Counted from the stretch's first letter, positions 26,285 to 40,071 are shown. The stretch: 48,016 bases of DNA from Lutibacter sp. (GCA_046485225.1 JAWOHJ010000073.1:1-48016); one strand, 5' to 3'. Numbers and translations: made by a program. The notes: generated by a model not told the origin, from the sequence alone.

Positions 26285-28861
26285 ATGATTCGCATTTTAG
26301 CAATATTTAGAAATTCAATTGGCAGTATCCATTTATTAAAATGGGTAGTGTATTTTATGCTGATAAACTTTAGTTATTCTCAAAACACCCAAAAAGAATC
26401 GTTAAATGGCAAATGGGCTTTTAAAATTGACCCTTATGCTGAAGGGGAAATTGCTGGCTGGCAAAATGAAAACCTAAATACTGATTCCTGGGAATCCATG
26501 GACGTTCCAGGCAACTGGGATTTGGTTAATGAATATGCAGAATATGCTGGTGATGCTTGGTATTCAAGAACTTTTACTGTAAACAAATCCGCAGAGGCGC
26601 AACAAATACGTTTGGTGTTTCAATCGGTTTACAACGACTCAAAAGTTTGGGTGAACGGACACTTTGTTGGCGAAAATAATTTGGGTTTTTTGCCTTTTCA
26701 GTTTAATATTTCAAAACACCTAAAATACGGGGTGGAAAATAGGGTCACCGTATTGGTTAACAATGTTTTTAAGCGCGGCGCCATGTGGAATTGGGGCGGA
26801 ATCAGACGTCCGGTTTGGTTAGAAATTACGCCACTTTCGCGCATAGAATTTCAGCATATTGATGCTGTTCCTAATCTTAAAAAAGGCGATGCCAATCTAG
26901 CTGTAAAAATAGCAGGAAGCAATTCAAGTGACCAGCCAAAAAATGTAACTTTCGATATCACCATCAAAAGAGAAAATAAAATTGTTGCCCAGGGTCAAAT
27001 TCAAACCACCATTCCGCCCAATACAGCAAAACATATCGTGAATTGGTACCATCATTTACCAAAATCTAAAGTGGTGCTTTGGCATTACGATTTCCCCAAT
27101 TTATATGAATCAACAATTACCATGGCCGAAAATGGTGTTGATTTGCACAGTCTATCCGATCGTTTTGGCATCAGAAAATTAGCGTTAGATGGCCTAAAAT
27201 TATTGCTCAACGGAGAAAGTATTCGTCCGGTTGGTTTCAATATTGTTCCGGAAGATCGTTTTACAGGAAACACACTTCCCTTTGAAAGAATCAAAGAAGA
27301 TGTGGATTTAATGAAAAGTTTAGGCGCTACCATGGCGCGATTAAGCCACGTGTCTTTGCCAAAAGAATATTTGGATTACTTGGATGAAAAAGGCATCATG
27401 GTTTTTGAAGAAGTGGGACTTTGGGGAAAAGATGTTTGGGTAGACCCAAACCACCCGATGCCAAAAGAATGGCTGCAACGCATTGTTGAAGAAAAATACA
27501 ACCATCCTTCAGTGGTTGGTTGGAGCGTTGGCAATGAAATAGGAAAAGAAAGCGACAACCCAAAAGTAAAAGATTATGTAAAAGGAGCCGTTCAAATGGC
27601 AAAAAACTTAGATTCAAACAGGTTGGCAATTTACGCGTCGCATACAGCCCAAAAAAATCCGGAAGATGCCATTGTGTATACAGACCTTTCTATGATTAAT
27701 ATGTATGGCGGTTGGGCCGGTGGCGTTGACCGCGCATGGGAATATCATCAAAAACCAATTTTCGTATCGGAATTTGGGAATACTTTAAATAATGAAGATC
27801 CCAATTTAGGAATTATTCCCATAGAAAAAATGATGGATGCCATGCGTAATAAAGAATATGTTTTGGGCGCTTCTATTTGGACATTCAATGATTACAGAAG
27901 TACCTATCACGGTGTTACCGGATGGAAAACACCGCCTTCACAAAACAGGGCTTGGGGCATTGTGAACACTTTTAGAAACAAAAAAAGGGCGTTTTATGAC
28001 CTTCAAAAAGAATATGCGCCTATAAGAGGCTTAACTTTTTCGGATGTTGACCAAAAAAACGGAAAAGCCATCATTACTGTGCAGCCAAGAAATAAATTAG
28101 ACATTCCGGCAAATGTTTTGAGAGCATTTCAAGTAAAATGGAGCTTAATAGATTCAAATTTCAATGAAATTGTTTTAGGCGCAAAAAAGATAAAGATAAT
28201 AAATCCTGGTGATGATTCATTTTCCATTCCTATAAAATGGGAAAATAACACGAAAGTTAACGGATTGAAAGTTGAATTTTTGGATCCGCAAGGATATATT
28301 GTTTTAGAAGAAACAAAACACTTCCAAGCGCCAAAACAACCATCCATCAATTTTGCAAACACCTCCACCAAAGCCGTTCGCATTTTATTTGATAAATCAA
28401 AAGGTGCCACTGAATATAAGGTTAAATATTACCATGGAGATTCCATTTACTTTTCAGAAAAAACAATCAATCATTTTATTGAAATTGAAGATGAGCGCAT
28501 AGCTCAAAATCAACCCTTTAATTACCAGTTAATTGCGCTAAACAATGCAGGTGAAAGCAACCCCTCTTTGCCAATTGAACTGAAAAAGGACAATAACGAA
28601 TTGCCTCCCGCTATTTGGGACATAAAACGTGTTGAAAATAATATTTTTATTGGCTATACCGTTTCTCCTTTTGATTATATGTATGAAGTTGAATACGGAA
28701 TTAGCGCAGGAAACTACACTAAAAAAATGGGGACAAAAGTAAAAGGTGTGCTCAATATTCCGAATATTCCTAAAGATGAAACAATTTATTTTAGAATGCG
28801 CGCAAGAAAACAATGGGGTTTTGCCAGTGAATGGACACAAGAATTTATAATTAAAAATTAA
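26285..28861 (+). CDS. GH2 glycosidase (glucuronidase-like core) with C-terminal FN3-like domains
   Basis: SLNGKWAF, WNWGGIRRPV, NHPSVVGWSVGNE, KPIFVSEFG, WTFNDYRS; C-terminal YQLIALNNAGESNPS. Confidence 0.88.
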   Translation: MIRILAIFRNSIGSIHLLKWVVYFMLINFSYSQNTQKESLNGKWAFKIDPYAEGEIAGWQNENLNTDSWESMDVPGNWDLVNEYAEYAGDAWYSRTFTVNKSAEAQQIRLVFQSVYNDSKVWVNGHFVGENNLGFLPFQFNISKHLKYGVENRVTVLVNNVFKRGAMWNWGGIRRPVWLEITPLSRIEFQHIDAVPNLKKGDANLAVKIAGSNSSDQPKNVTFDITIKRENKIVAQGQIQTTIPPNTAKHIVNWYHHLPKSKVVLWHYDFPNLYESTITMAENGVDLHSLSDRFGIRKLALDGLKLLLNGESIRPVGFNIVPEDRFTGNTLPFERIKEDVDLMKSLGATMARLSHVSLPKEYLDYLDEKGIMVFEEVGLWGKDVWVDPNHPMPKEWLQRIVEEKYNHPSVVGWSVGNEIGKESDNPKVKDYVKGAVQMAKNLDSNRLAIYASHTAQKNPEDAIVYTDLSMINMYGGWAGGVDRAWEYHQKPIFVSEFGNTLNNEDPNLGIIPIEKMMDAMRNKEYVLGASIWTFNDYRSTYHGVTGWKTPPSQNRAWGIVNTFRNKKRAFYDLQKEYAPIRGLTFSDVDQKNGKAIITVQPRNKLDIPANVLRAFQVKWSLIDSNFNEIVLGAKKIKIINPGDDSFSIPIKWENNTKVNGLKVEFLDPQGYIVLEETKHFQAPKQPSINFANTSTKAVRILFDKSKGATEYKVKYYHGDSIYFSEKTINHFIEIEDERIAQNQPFNYQLIALNNAGESNPSLPIELKKDNNELPPAIWDIKRVENNIFIGYTVSPFDYMYEVEYGISAGNYTKKMGTKVKGVLNIPNIPKDETIYFRMRARKQWGFASEWTQEFIIKN

Positions 28862-28865
28862 AAAT

Positions 28866-30323
28866 ATGAGAAGAGCAATTTTAATCACCATCATCGCCAT
28901 AATTAATCTGACATTTTTGCATTCGGTGAATGCAGAAGTTAAACTTCCTGCCATCGTTTCATCGAATATGGTTCTACAACGAAATACCACTGTCAATTTA
29001 TGGGGCTGGGCATCACCAAATGAAAAAATTACTATAACAGCAACATGGTTAAATAAACCTCTAAAAATTCAGGCAGACATTGAAGGAAATTGGAGTGTTA
29101 TGGTGCAAACAACAAATAGTAAAAACCCTCAAATTGTTGAAATTAAAAGTAAAAAATCTAAAATAACTTTAGATAATATTTTGCTTGGAGAAGTTTGGTT
29201 ATGTTCGGGACAATCTAATATGCAAATGCCAATGAAAGGATTTAACGGACAACCTGTTTATGAATCTAACATGGCGATTATGAAATCAAAAAATCCGAAT
29301 TTAAGATTATTTACTGTGGGATTGGTTGCCTCTAAAACACCCAATAAAGATTTAGGGAAATTCACATCTTGGCAAGAAGCTTCACCAGAAAGTGTATCAA
29401 AATTCAGTGCTGTTGCCTACTTATTTGGGAGCCAATTGCAAGAAATTTTAGAGGTTCCTGTTGGTTTAATTCACACATCTTGGGGTGGAAGTTCTGTACA
29501 AGCTTGGATGAGTAAAGAAGCGCTTAGTGAATATAGAACTGTAAATTTAGATGATGTTGATATTTCCAACAAGCCAAATCAAATTCCAACTGTACTTTTT
29601 AATGGCATGATCAATCCAATCGTTCAATATACCATAAAAGGTGCCATTTGGTATCAAGGAGAGTCAAACGTTTGGGAACATAAATTATACAAAAAAATAT
29701 TTCCATCAATGGTAAAAGATTGGCGTACAAGATGGGATAATGGAGATTTTCCTTTTTACTATGTTCAAATTACTCCTTTTTCATATGTTTCTCCAAAAGA
29801 GGATAAATTCATTCAACTTTCAGCTTTTCTTCGTGAATCTCAATTGCAATCTTTAGACCTTATTCCAAATTCAGGAATTGCAATTACCATGGATATTGGA
29901 GCGCAAAATTCTATTCATCCACCAAAGAAAAAAGAAGTCGCAGACAGGTTGTTGTTCAACGCTTTAAACCAAACTTATGGCTATAAAAGCATCAAATACG
30001 CCTCACCCACTTTTGATTCACTGAAGGTCATTAACAACAAAATCTTACTTACATTCAAAAATGCTGAAACTGGACTTTATGCTTTTAATACTTTAAAAGG
30101 TTTTGAAATTGCTGGAGAAGACAGAATATTTTATCCAGCAAATGCAATAATTGTAGATAAAAAAAATGTATCTGTCAATAGTGAAAAAGTGCCAAATCCA
30201 GTAGCAGTAAGATATGCATGGAGCAATTGGATAATTGGAACACTTTTCGGAAATAATCTTTTGCCTGCATCTTCATTTAGGACTGACAATTGGGAAAATG
30301 CCAAACGAATTGAAAATCAATAA
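28866..30323 (+). CDS. Sialate O-acetylesterase-like (SASA/SGNH) carbohydrate esterase
   Basis: GEVWLCSGQSNM, WGGS, WYQGESN, DIG...IHP, PVAVRYAW. Confidence 0.92.
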   Translation: MRRAILITIIAIINLTFLHSVNAEVKLPAIVSSNMVLQRNTTVNLWGWASPNEKITITATWLNKPLKIQADIEGNWSVMVQTTNSKNPQIVEIKSKKSKITLDNILLGEVWLCSGQSNMQMPMKGFNGQPVYESNMAIMKSKNPNLRLFTVGLVASKTPNKDLGKFTSWQEASPESVSKFSAVAYLFGSQLQEILEVPVGLIHTSWGGSSVQAWMSKEALSEYRTVNLDDVDISNKPNQIPTVLFNGMINPIVQYTIKGAIWYQGESNVWEHKLYKKIFPSMVKDWRTRWDNGDFPFYYVQITPFSYVSPKEDKFIQLSAFLRESQLQSLDLIPNSGIAITMDIGAQNSIHPPKKKEVADRLLFNALNQTYGYKSIKYASPTFDSLKVINNKILLTFKNAETGLYAFNTLKGFEIAGEDRIFYPANAIIVDKKNVSVNSEKVPNPVAVRYAWSNWIIGTLFGNNLLPASSFRTDNWENAKRIENQ

Positions 30324-30401
30324 GAATATTTGAATATTCCAAAAACTTTTGACAAAAATAATTTTTGGAAGAAAAAAGCATCAAAATTTGAAATCAAAAA
30401 A

Positions 30402-31331
30402 ATGGAAAATAATAGAACCAAGCTTTACAGGTTATTAATAATAGTCACAATTTTTCTTAATATGACAAATCATTCTTTCGCGCAAAATGAAGTGATTGAG
30501 TTTTGGAATTCAGAAATTCCAAACACTATCAAAGCTGATAATTATGAGGAGACTTCTGATACAAAACAAGACAGATTAAGCAAAGTAACTCATCCAACAC
30601 TTACTGTTTTTATGCCCAAAAATCCGAATGGAAGTTCAGTAATTATTTGTCCTGGTGGAGGTTATCAATTTTTAGCCATCAACAAAGAAGGTTACAAAGT
30701 TGCTGAATGGTTAAACACCATTGGAGTTACTGCATTCGTTCTAAAATATCGTTTACCAAGTGATAAAATCATGCAAGATAAATCTGTTGGTCCTTTGCAA
30801 GATGCACAAGAATCTATAAGATATATCAGAAGAAATGCAGCGAAATGGCAATTAGATTCAGACAAAATTGGAATAATCGGATTTTCTGCTGGCGCACATT
30901 TAGCGGCTACTTTATCCACAAAATATGATGAAAATACTTATCAATCTAAAGATTCAATAAGCGCAAGACCCAACTTTTCGTTATTGATTTATCCTGTGAT
31001 TTCGATGACAGATGAAATTACCCACAAAGGTTCCAGAAACAAATTGCTAGGAAATAAACCATCCCAAGAAATTATTGAAAAATTTTCTACTGAAAAACTA
31101 ATAACAGCTCAAACTCCGCCTTCATTTTTGGTGCATGCTAGTGATGATACTGGAGTTCCTTTTGAAAATAGTATTGCTTATTTTTTGGAGTTGAAAAAAT
31201 ATAAAATTCCTGCTGAAATGCACTTATATCAGAATGGGAAACACGGTTTTGGATTAGGAGTTGATGGTACAAGTTTCTATTGGACAAAACATTGTGAAGC
31301 TTGGTTACGCTTCAATAAATTAATCAACTAA
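30402..31331 (+). CDS. Secreted alpha/beta-hydrolase carbohydrate esterase (BD-FAE-like)
   Basis: ICPGGGY, GFSAGAH (GxSxG), HASDD, HGFG. ATG 30402 preferred over the TTG at 30330. Confidence 0.88.
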   Translation: MENNRTKLYRLLIIVTIFLNMTNHSFAQNEVIEFWNSEIPNTIKADNYEETSDTKQDRLSKVTHPTLTVFMPKNPNGSSVIICPGGGYQFLAINKEGYKVAEWLNTIGVTAFVLKYRLPSDKIMQDKSVGPLQDAQESIRYIRRNAAKWQLDSDKIGIIGFSAGAHLAATLSTKYDENTYQSKDSISARPNFSLLIYPVISMTDEITHKGSRNKLLGNKPSQEIIEKFSTEKLITAQTPPSFLVHASDDTGVPFENSIAYFLELKKYKIPAEMHLYQNGKHGFGLGVDGTSFYWTKHCEAWLRFNKLIN

Positions 31332-31351
31332 AAATAAATTCATTAAAATAA

Positions 31352-34549
<3,198 letters not shown>

Positions 34550-34564
34550 AATACTTTCATAAAA

Positions 34565-35695
34565 ATGAAAAATATAATCCAAGTAATACTATTTGTTTTT
34601 TGTTCACATTTAATGGCACAATCGGATTACAACACATTCACGCCGGGTGAAGTATGGCTTGATAATAATGGCGTTCACATAAACGCACACGGCGGCGGTT
34701 TTTTATTTCATAATGGAATTTATTATTGGTTTGGAGAACATAAAATTGGCGGAGAATTGGGCAATAAAGCCATGGTTGGCGTTCACGCATACAGCTCAAA
34801 AGATTTGTATAACTGGAAAGATGAAGGCATTGCTTTAGAAATGCACTCCGATACTTTAAGCCTGCTGCAAATAGGTAGTGTTTTAGAACGCCCAAAAGTA
34901 ATTTACAACAAAAAAACGCAAAAATTCGTGATGTGGTTTCACCACGAGTTAAAAGATCAAGGCTATAAAGCTGCTTTAACAGGCGTTGCTTTTGCTGATA
35001 AAGTGACTGGACCTTATACGTACCTCAATAGCTTTAGGATTCACCCCAACGTGTTGCCTTTAAATTTTTCGGAAGAACAATTTTTAAATACTGAAATAAT
35101 TGAAAAGCGTGAAGATGAAAACTGGAAACAAAAAGTAATTGACGGCAGCTATTTTAAAAGGGATTTTGAAACCGGCCAAATGTCGAGAGATATGACGCTT
35201 TTTGTTGATGATGATGAAACTGCATACCATATTACAGCTTCTGAAGAAAACCAAACCTTGTTAATTTCAAAATTATCAGATGATTACTTATCGTTAACAA
35301 ATGAATATGTAAGGGTTCTTCCCGGCGAAAGAAATGAAGCGCCTGCAATTTTTAAAAAGGACGGAAAATATTATATGTTTTCTTCCGGACTCACAGGCTG
35401 GAAACCAAATCCGGGAAAATTAAGCGTTTCTGACAGTATGATGGGAAATTGGGTGGCTTTAGAAAATCCATGCATAGGAACCGATGAAGAAATGAATACA
35501 ACATTTTGGTCGCAAAGCACCTATGTGCTTCCTATAGTTGGCAAAAAAGATGCTTTTATTTTTATGGCCGACAGATGGTTACCTGAAAACCACATTGATG
35601 GACGTTATATTTGGTTGCCAATTCAATTTGAAAATGGAATTCCTGTTTTAAAATGGGTTGATTCTTGGGATTTAAGTTTTTTTGACAAACAATAA
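34565..35695 (+). CDS. GH43 subfamily 24-like exo-beta-1,3-galactanase/galactosidase
   Basis: HINAHGGG, YYWFGE, YSSKDLYNW, ERPKVIYN, SRDMTLFVDDD, EAPA, GWKPN, SQSTY, ADRW, RYIWLP. Confidence 0.88.
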   Translation: MKNIIQVILFVFCSHLMAQSDYNTFTPGEVWLDNNGVHINAHGGGFLFHNGIYYWFGEHKIGGELGNKAMVGVHAYSSKDLYNWKDEGIALEMHSDTLSLLQIGSVLERPKVIYNKKTQKFVMWFHHELKDQGYKAALTGVAFADKVTGPYTYLNSFRIHPNVLPLNFSEEQFLNTEIIEKREDENWKQKVIDGSYFKRDFETGQMSRDMTLFVDDDETAYHITASEENQTLLISKLSDDYLSLTNEYVRVLPGERNEAPAIFKKDGKYYMFSSGLTGWKPNPGKLSVSDSMMGNWVALENPCIGTDEEMNTTFWSQSTYVLPIVGKKDAFIFMADRWLPENHIDGRYIWLPIQFENGIPVLKWVDSWDLSFFDKQ

Positions 35696-35709
35696 ACAAT
35701 AATCCGTCT

Positions 35710-35778
35710 ATTTGATTTATTTACACCAAATATTGGTCGATTTACACTATTTTAAGTCGATTTATGTGTTTATATTTG
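35710..35778 (+). promoter_or_regulatory. gal operon promoter: two 21-bp direct repeats plus -7 box
   Basis: ATTTGATTTATTTACACCAAA (35710-35730), TATTGGTCGATTTACACTATT (35731-35751), 19 nt, TATATTTG (35771-35778). Confidence 0.75.
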
Positions 35779-35836
35779 ACATTCATAAAATAATCAGTTT
35801 TTAAGAATAGTCATTATTTACAAAAAACAGCCATCA

Positions 35837-36733
35837 TTGTATCAGATAAAACATACCAGAGATTTAAAAAAAGGGTTAAACTTCATCGAAATTGAAGATT
35901 CAAACAAAATGTCTTATGCCAAAATACAGTTAAGTTTAGGCGGAAGTTTGCAGGAACTCAAACTTTTGAATCATCATCTAATGAAAGATTTACATCCTTT
36001 AACTTACAACAACACCTACGCATCTGCTGTCTTGTTTCCGTTTGCAAACAGAATTGCTGACGGAAGCTATGTTTTTGACCACAAAACGTACCAATTGGAT
36101 ATCAATCAAAAGGAAGAAAACAACGCGCTTCACGGGTTGGTTTACAACAAAATATTTGAAATCATCGACCAAAAAACCACTTCGGAAAAAGCCGAAGTAT
36201 TGCTGAGGTATGAAGAACTCGCGCATTCTAAAGGTTTTCCTTTTACCTACAGGATTGATTTAACCTATATTTTATCCAAAGACAGTCTGGAATTAAATGT
36301 CACTGTGAAAAATACGGACACCAAAAAATTTCCTTTTACCATGGGCTGGCATCCTTATTTTATCAGCCAAAATTTATCCAAAAGCGCTGTTCATTTTAAA
36401 AGCCATCAAAAATGTGTTTTTGACGAAAGAAATATCACCCAAAAGATGGATGAAATTGTCATTGATAACCCATTTTTGATTGAAAACAAATCTTTGGATG
36501 ATTGTTTTGCTTTGGATTCCAACGAAATAATTTTTGAAACGCCTCAATACAGTTTCGCATTAGAATCATCTGAAAAGAACAGTTTTTTGCAATTGTATAC
36601 GCCACCGCATCCAAATACCATCGCCATTGAACCAACTACCGGAATTTCCGACAGCTTCAACAATGGTGTGGGTTTAAAAACATTAAAATCGAACGACTCC
36701 TATTATATTCACTGGGATCTTAAAATCATTTAA
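35837..36733 (+). CDS. galM: Aldose 1-epimerase (galactose mutarotase family)
   Basis: LFPFANRIADG, NALHG, GWHPYF, LDDCF, LQLYTP, IAIEP; TTG start; adjacent to galK. Confidence 0.88.
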   Translation: MYQIKHTRDLKKGLNFIEIEDSNKMSYAKIQLSLGGSLQELKLLNHHLMKDLHPLTYNNTYASAVLFPFANRIADGSYVFDHKTYQLDINQKEENNALHGLVYNKIFEIIDQKTTSEKAEVLLRYEELAHSKGFPFTYRIDLTYILSKDSLELNVTVKNTDTKKFPFTMGWHPYFISQNLSKSAVHFKSHQKCVFDERNITQKMDEIVIDNPFLIENKSLDDCFALDSNEIIFETPQYSFALESSEKNSFLQLYTPPHPNTIAIEPTTGISDSFNNGVGLKTLKSNDSYYIHWDLKII

Positions 36734-36735
36734 AA

Positions 36736-37884
36736 ATGAACAAAACATTAATATCAAAAATAAAAACACACTTTATCGCTAAATTTCAAGACAATCCTGT
36801 GATGATTTTTTCACCGGGAAGAATCAATATTATTGGCGAACACACCGATTATAACGATGGTTTTGTTTTTCCGGCAGCGGTTGATAAAGGTATTGTGGCA
36901 GGACTTTCAAAAAGTAATTCGGAATTTTCAACCGCGTACGCCGTTGACAAAGAAGAAATTATCGAGTTTTCCGTCAATAACTTAAAACCTTCTCCGCAAG
37001 GAAGCTGGCAAAACTACATTTTAGGTGTTGTGGCAGAAATTCAGAACCGTAGCAAAACCATTGGCAATTTTAATATCGCTTTTGGCGGAGATATTCCCGG
37101 AGGTGCCGGTATGTCATCATCAGCAGCGTTGGAAAACAGCGTGGTGTTTGGGTTGGATGAAATTTTTAATTTAGAACTTTCTAAGGAAGAAATGATTTTG
37201 ATTTCACAGAAAGCCGAGCATAATTATGTGGGCGTAAAATGCGGTATTATGGACCAATATGCCAGTATGTTCGGCATTAAAAACAATGCGTTGCTGTTGG
37301 ATTGCAGAACCATAAAATCGAAACCTTTTGAAATAGATTTTAAAGACCACGAGCTTTTATTGATTAACACCAATGTGAAACACAGCTTGTCGGACAGCGC
37401 CTATAACGACCGCCGCTCGGTTTGTGAATCGATTGCAGGCATGTTAAAGGTAAAAGCATTAAGAGACGCCACAGAATTTGATTTGGAAACCATTAAAGAA
37501 AGCATCACGCCCGAAAACTACCAAAAAGCATTGTATGTCATTCAGGAAAACGACAGGGTAATAAAAGCTTCCAAAGCCATAGAAGCAGGCGATTTAGAAA
37601 CACTCGGAAAACTCATTTATGCTTCACACGCAGGATTGCAGCATCAATATAAAGTAAGCTGCGAAGAATTGGATTTTTTGGTGGAACAGGCAAAATTAAA
37701 CGGCCATGTTTTAGGAGCAAGAATGATGGGCGGCGGTTTTGGCGGCTGCACAATCAATTTAATCGCAAAGACAGCCACAGCCGCATTTAAAAAAGAGGTT
37801 TCTGAAGCCTATAAAAATAAATTTGACAAAGATTGTTCGCTCTATTTTGTTGAACTGTCTGATGGTACCGGAATAATAGCCTAA
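36736..37884 (+). CDS. galK: Galactokinase
   Basis: PGRINIIGEHTDYN, PGGAGMSSSAA, CGIMDQ, GARMMGGGFGG. Confidence 0.98.
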   Translation: MNKTLISKIKTHFIAKFQDNPVMIFSPGRINIIGEHTDYNDGFVFPAAVDKGIVAGLSKSNSEFSTAYAVDKEEIIEFSVNNLKPSPQGSWQNYILGVVAEIQNRSKTIGNFNIAFGGDIPGGAGMSSSAALENSVVFGLDEIFNLELSKEEMILISQKAEHNYVGVKCGIMDQYASMFGIKNNALLLDCRTIKSKPFEIDFKDHELLLINTNVKHSLSDSAYNDRRSVCESIAGMLKVKALRDATEFDLETIKESITPENYQKALYVIQENDRVIKASKAIEAGDLETLGKLIYASHAGLQHQYKVSCEELDFLVEQAKLNGHVLGARMMGGGFGGCTINLIAKTATAAFKKEVSEAYKNKFDKDCSLYFVELSDGTGIIA

Positions 37885-37907
37885 CCTAAAAGCTAACGCA
37901 TTTTAAA

Positions 37908-38933
37908 ATGAACACAGATTTACAGGATTACTCGCACAAACGCTTAAATATACTTACAGGAGAATGGGTTTTGGTATCGCCGCATCGCGCCAAACGACCT
38001 TGGCAAGGACAGAATGAAGCCCTTTCATCAGAAAAAAGGCCTTCTTATGATGAAACCTGTTATTTATGTGCCGGAAATGCCAGAATGAATGGAGAAGTGA
38101 ATCCAAATTATAAAAACGTGTTTGTTTTCACCAACGATTTTGCCGCATTGCAACATGATTCAAAATCTTTTATTTATAAAGAAAATTTACTGCAGGCACA
38201 AAGTGAACAAGGTATTTGCAAAGTGATTTGCTTTAGTCCGGACCATTCCAAAAGCTTGGCAGAAATGGCGGTTAGTGATATTCAAGAGGTGGTTTTTGCA
38301 TGGCAAAAGGAATACAAAGAATTAGGCGCTGTTGACAATATTAATTATGTGCAGATCTTTGAAAATAAAGGAGCTGTAATGGGTTGCAGCAACCCGCATC
38401 CGCATGGCCAAATCTGGAGTCAGTCCACGCTTCCTAACGAAGTTGAAAAGAAAGACAAACACCAAATGGATTATTTCAATAAAAATAACAGCAGCTTATT
38501 GGGCAATTATCTGGCTCAAGAATTAAAGTTACAGGAACGCATTATTTTTGAAAATGATGCTTTTGTGGTACTTATTCCTTTTTGGGCTGTTTGGCCATTT
38601 GAAGCCATGATTGTTCCAAAAAAATGGCAACCAAATATTTCATCAATGGATGAAAAAGATACAATGCTTTTTTCTGAAGCCATTTCTGTGCTGACAAAAG
38701 CGTATGATCAATTGTTCAATGTATCTTTTCCATATTCAAGCGGTATCCATCAGGCGCCAACAAATGGCGAGGAAAATAAACATTGGCATTGGCATATGAG
38801 TTTTTATCCGCCCTTATTAAGAAGTGCCACTGTGAAAAAGTTTATGGTTGGCTACGAAATGTTCGGTTCGCCGCAAAGAGATATCACCCCAGAAGTGGCT
38901 TCGAAATTATTAATGGAAAAAGTAAATTCTTAA
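37908..38933 (+). CDS. galT: Galactose-1-phosphate uridylyltransferase
   Basis: SPHRAKRPWQG, FENKGAVMGCSNPHPHGQIW, KFMVGYEM. Confidence 0.98.
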   Translation: MNTDLQDYSHKRLNILTGEWVLVSPHRAKRPWQGQNEALSSEKRPSYDETCYLCAGNARMNGEVNPNYKNVFVFTNDFAALQHDSKSFIYKENLLQAQSEQGICKVICFSPDHSKSLAEMAVSDIQEVVFAWQKEYKELGAVDNINYVQIFENKGAVMGCSNPHPHGQIWSQSTLPNEVEKKDKHQMDYFNKNNSSLLGNYLAQELKLQERIIFENDAFVVLIPFWAVWPFEAMIVPKKWQPNISSMDEKDTMLFSEAISVLTKAYDQLFNVSFPYSSGIHQAPTNGEENKHWHWHMSFYPPLLRSATVKKFMVGYEMFGSPQRDITPEVASKLLMEKVNS

Positions 38934-39335
38934 CCCTAATAATTAGATGTGATTTAGGCTGCTTAAATCTTTCCGCTATAAAATTTATTGAGAACTTATT
39001 CTTAGGCCAATACATTTTGCCTAAAAAATAAAAAACATTTAAATAATTTATTCATTTAAAATGCTGTGCGTAAAATCCAACTCACTGAAGGATTGCTTAT
39101 AGCCAGTATTATTATGTCAAACTGCCCTAAAAAATATACTTCGAAAGCCAATCTTTTAATTTTTAAACAGGCTTATAATCCTTGAAATCATCGCATCTTT
39201 AAAAATTTTCTGTCAAAAAATGTAAGAATAATGTAAGTTATTAGAATAATTATGTAACAAATTTATTAACTTTAATGTGGAATTTTGCAAAGTCAAACAA
39301 ATTAATTATCAATTAATCAGTAAAATCAAAGTAAA

Positions 39336-40010
39336 ATGAAAAGAAGAAATTTATTTTTAGGATTGGCGATAGCCGCCTTAGCATTCACATCTTGTAAAGA
39401 TGAAAAAGTAACAGCAGCTGAGAAGTCAGTAGATACCTATGTTGTATATGTTGATTCAATAGGAAATATTGAAGCCACAGAAGTTAAAGCTAATTGGCAA
39501 ACAATCAACGATTCTTACCTAATTAGAGTTTCAGAAGCTGAAATGGCTTTAGACAATTTAAAAGAAAGAGAAGCTGCACAAGCAAGAATTGATGCAAGTA
39601 GAGCAAAATTTGAAGCTTTAAAAGTACAAATGGAAGCTGAAATGCAAGCTGAAATGGACGCTCAAGCCGCTTTAAACACAAAACAAGCTTTAAGAAACGC
39701 CTTGTTTGGTGAAGGAATAGTTGGTGATGATATGAATTTTGACTGGGTTAACAAAGACAACATTCTTGCTGTTTTTGAAAATTTTGTTAATGTTACCGAT
39801 GCCAATAAAGACATTTATTCTCGTGAAGACTGGGATGAAATAAAAATAATGTATGAAGGACTTGGAAACAGAAAAAATACGGTTGAAAATGAAGGTCTTT
39901 CTTCAGAAGACAATAGAAAAATTGCCAGTCTAAAATTAAAATTTGCGCCAATGTATGCTTTAAAGAGAATGAGCGCAAAAACATCAGAAATGCAAGAAGC
40001 AAAACAATAA
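39336..40010 (+). CDS. Helical lipoprotein of unknown function (DUF6565-like)
   Basis: Lipobox FTSC; coiled-coil-like middle; YSREDWDEIK...NRKIASLKLKF. The DUF name is from recollection. Confidence 0.75.
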   Translation: MKRRNLFLGLAIAALAFTSCKDEKVTAAEKSVDTYVVYVDSIGNIEATEVKANWQTINDSYLIRVSEAEMALDNLKEREAAQARIDASRAKFEALKVQMEAEMQAEMDAQAALNTKQALRNALFGEGIVGDDMNFDWVNKDNILAVFENFVNVTDANKDIYSREDWDEIKIMYEGLGNRKNTVENEGLSSEDNRKIASLKLKFAPMYALKRMSAKTSEMQEAKQ

Positions 40011-40035
40011 GAACCCTTTTTGGTTAGTTAATGTG

Positions 40036-40071
40036 AAAAATGACAGTCAGTAATGGCTGTCATTTTTTTTT
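40036..40071. terminator. Bidirectional intrinsic terminator
   Basis: AAAAATGACAGTCA-GTAA-TGGCTGTCATTTTTTTTT between convergent genes. Confidence 0.88.

Noticed and set aside
28866-31331. Esterase pair looks more AT-rich than neighbouring GH2 genes, suggesting recent acquisition
   Set aside because: The difference is small by eye and I cannot quantify it; no flanking repeats or IS remnants were seen.
38934-39200. Possible pseudogene or ncRNA after galT
   Set aside because: Only weak hairpins and short unrecognisable frames; no clear promoter-terminator pair.
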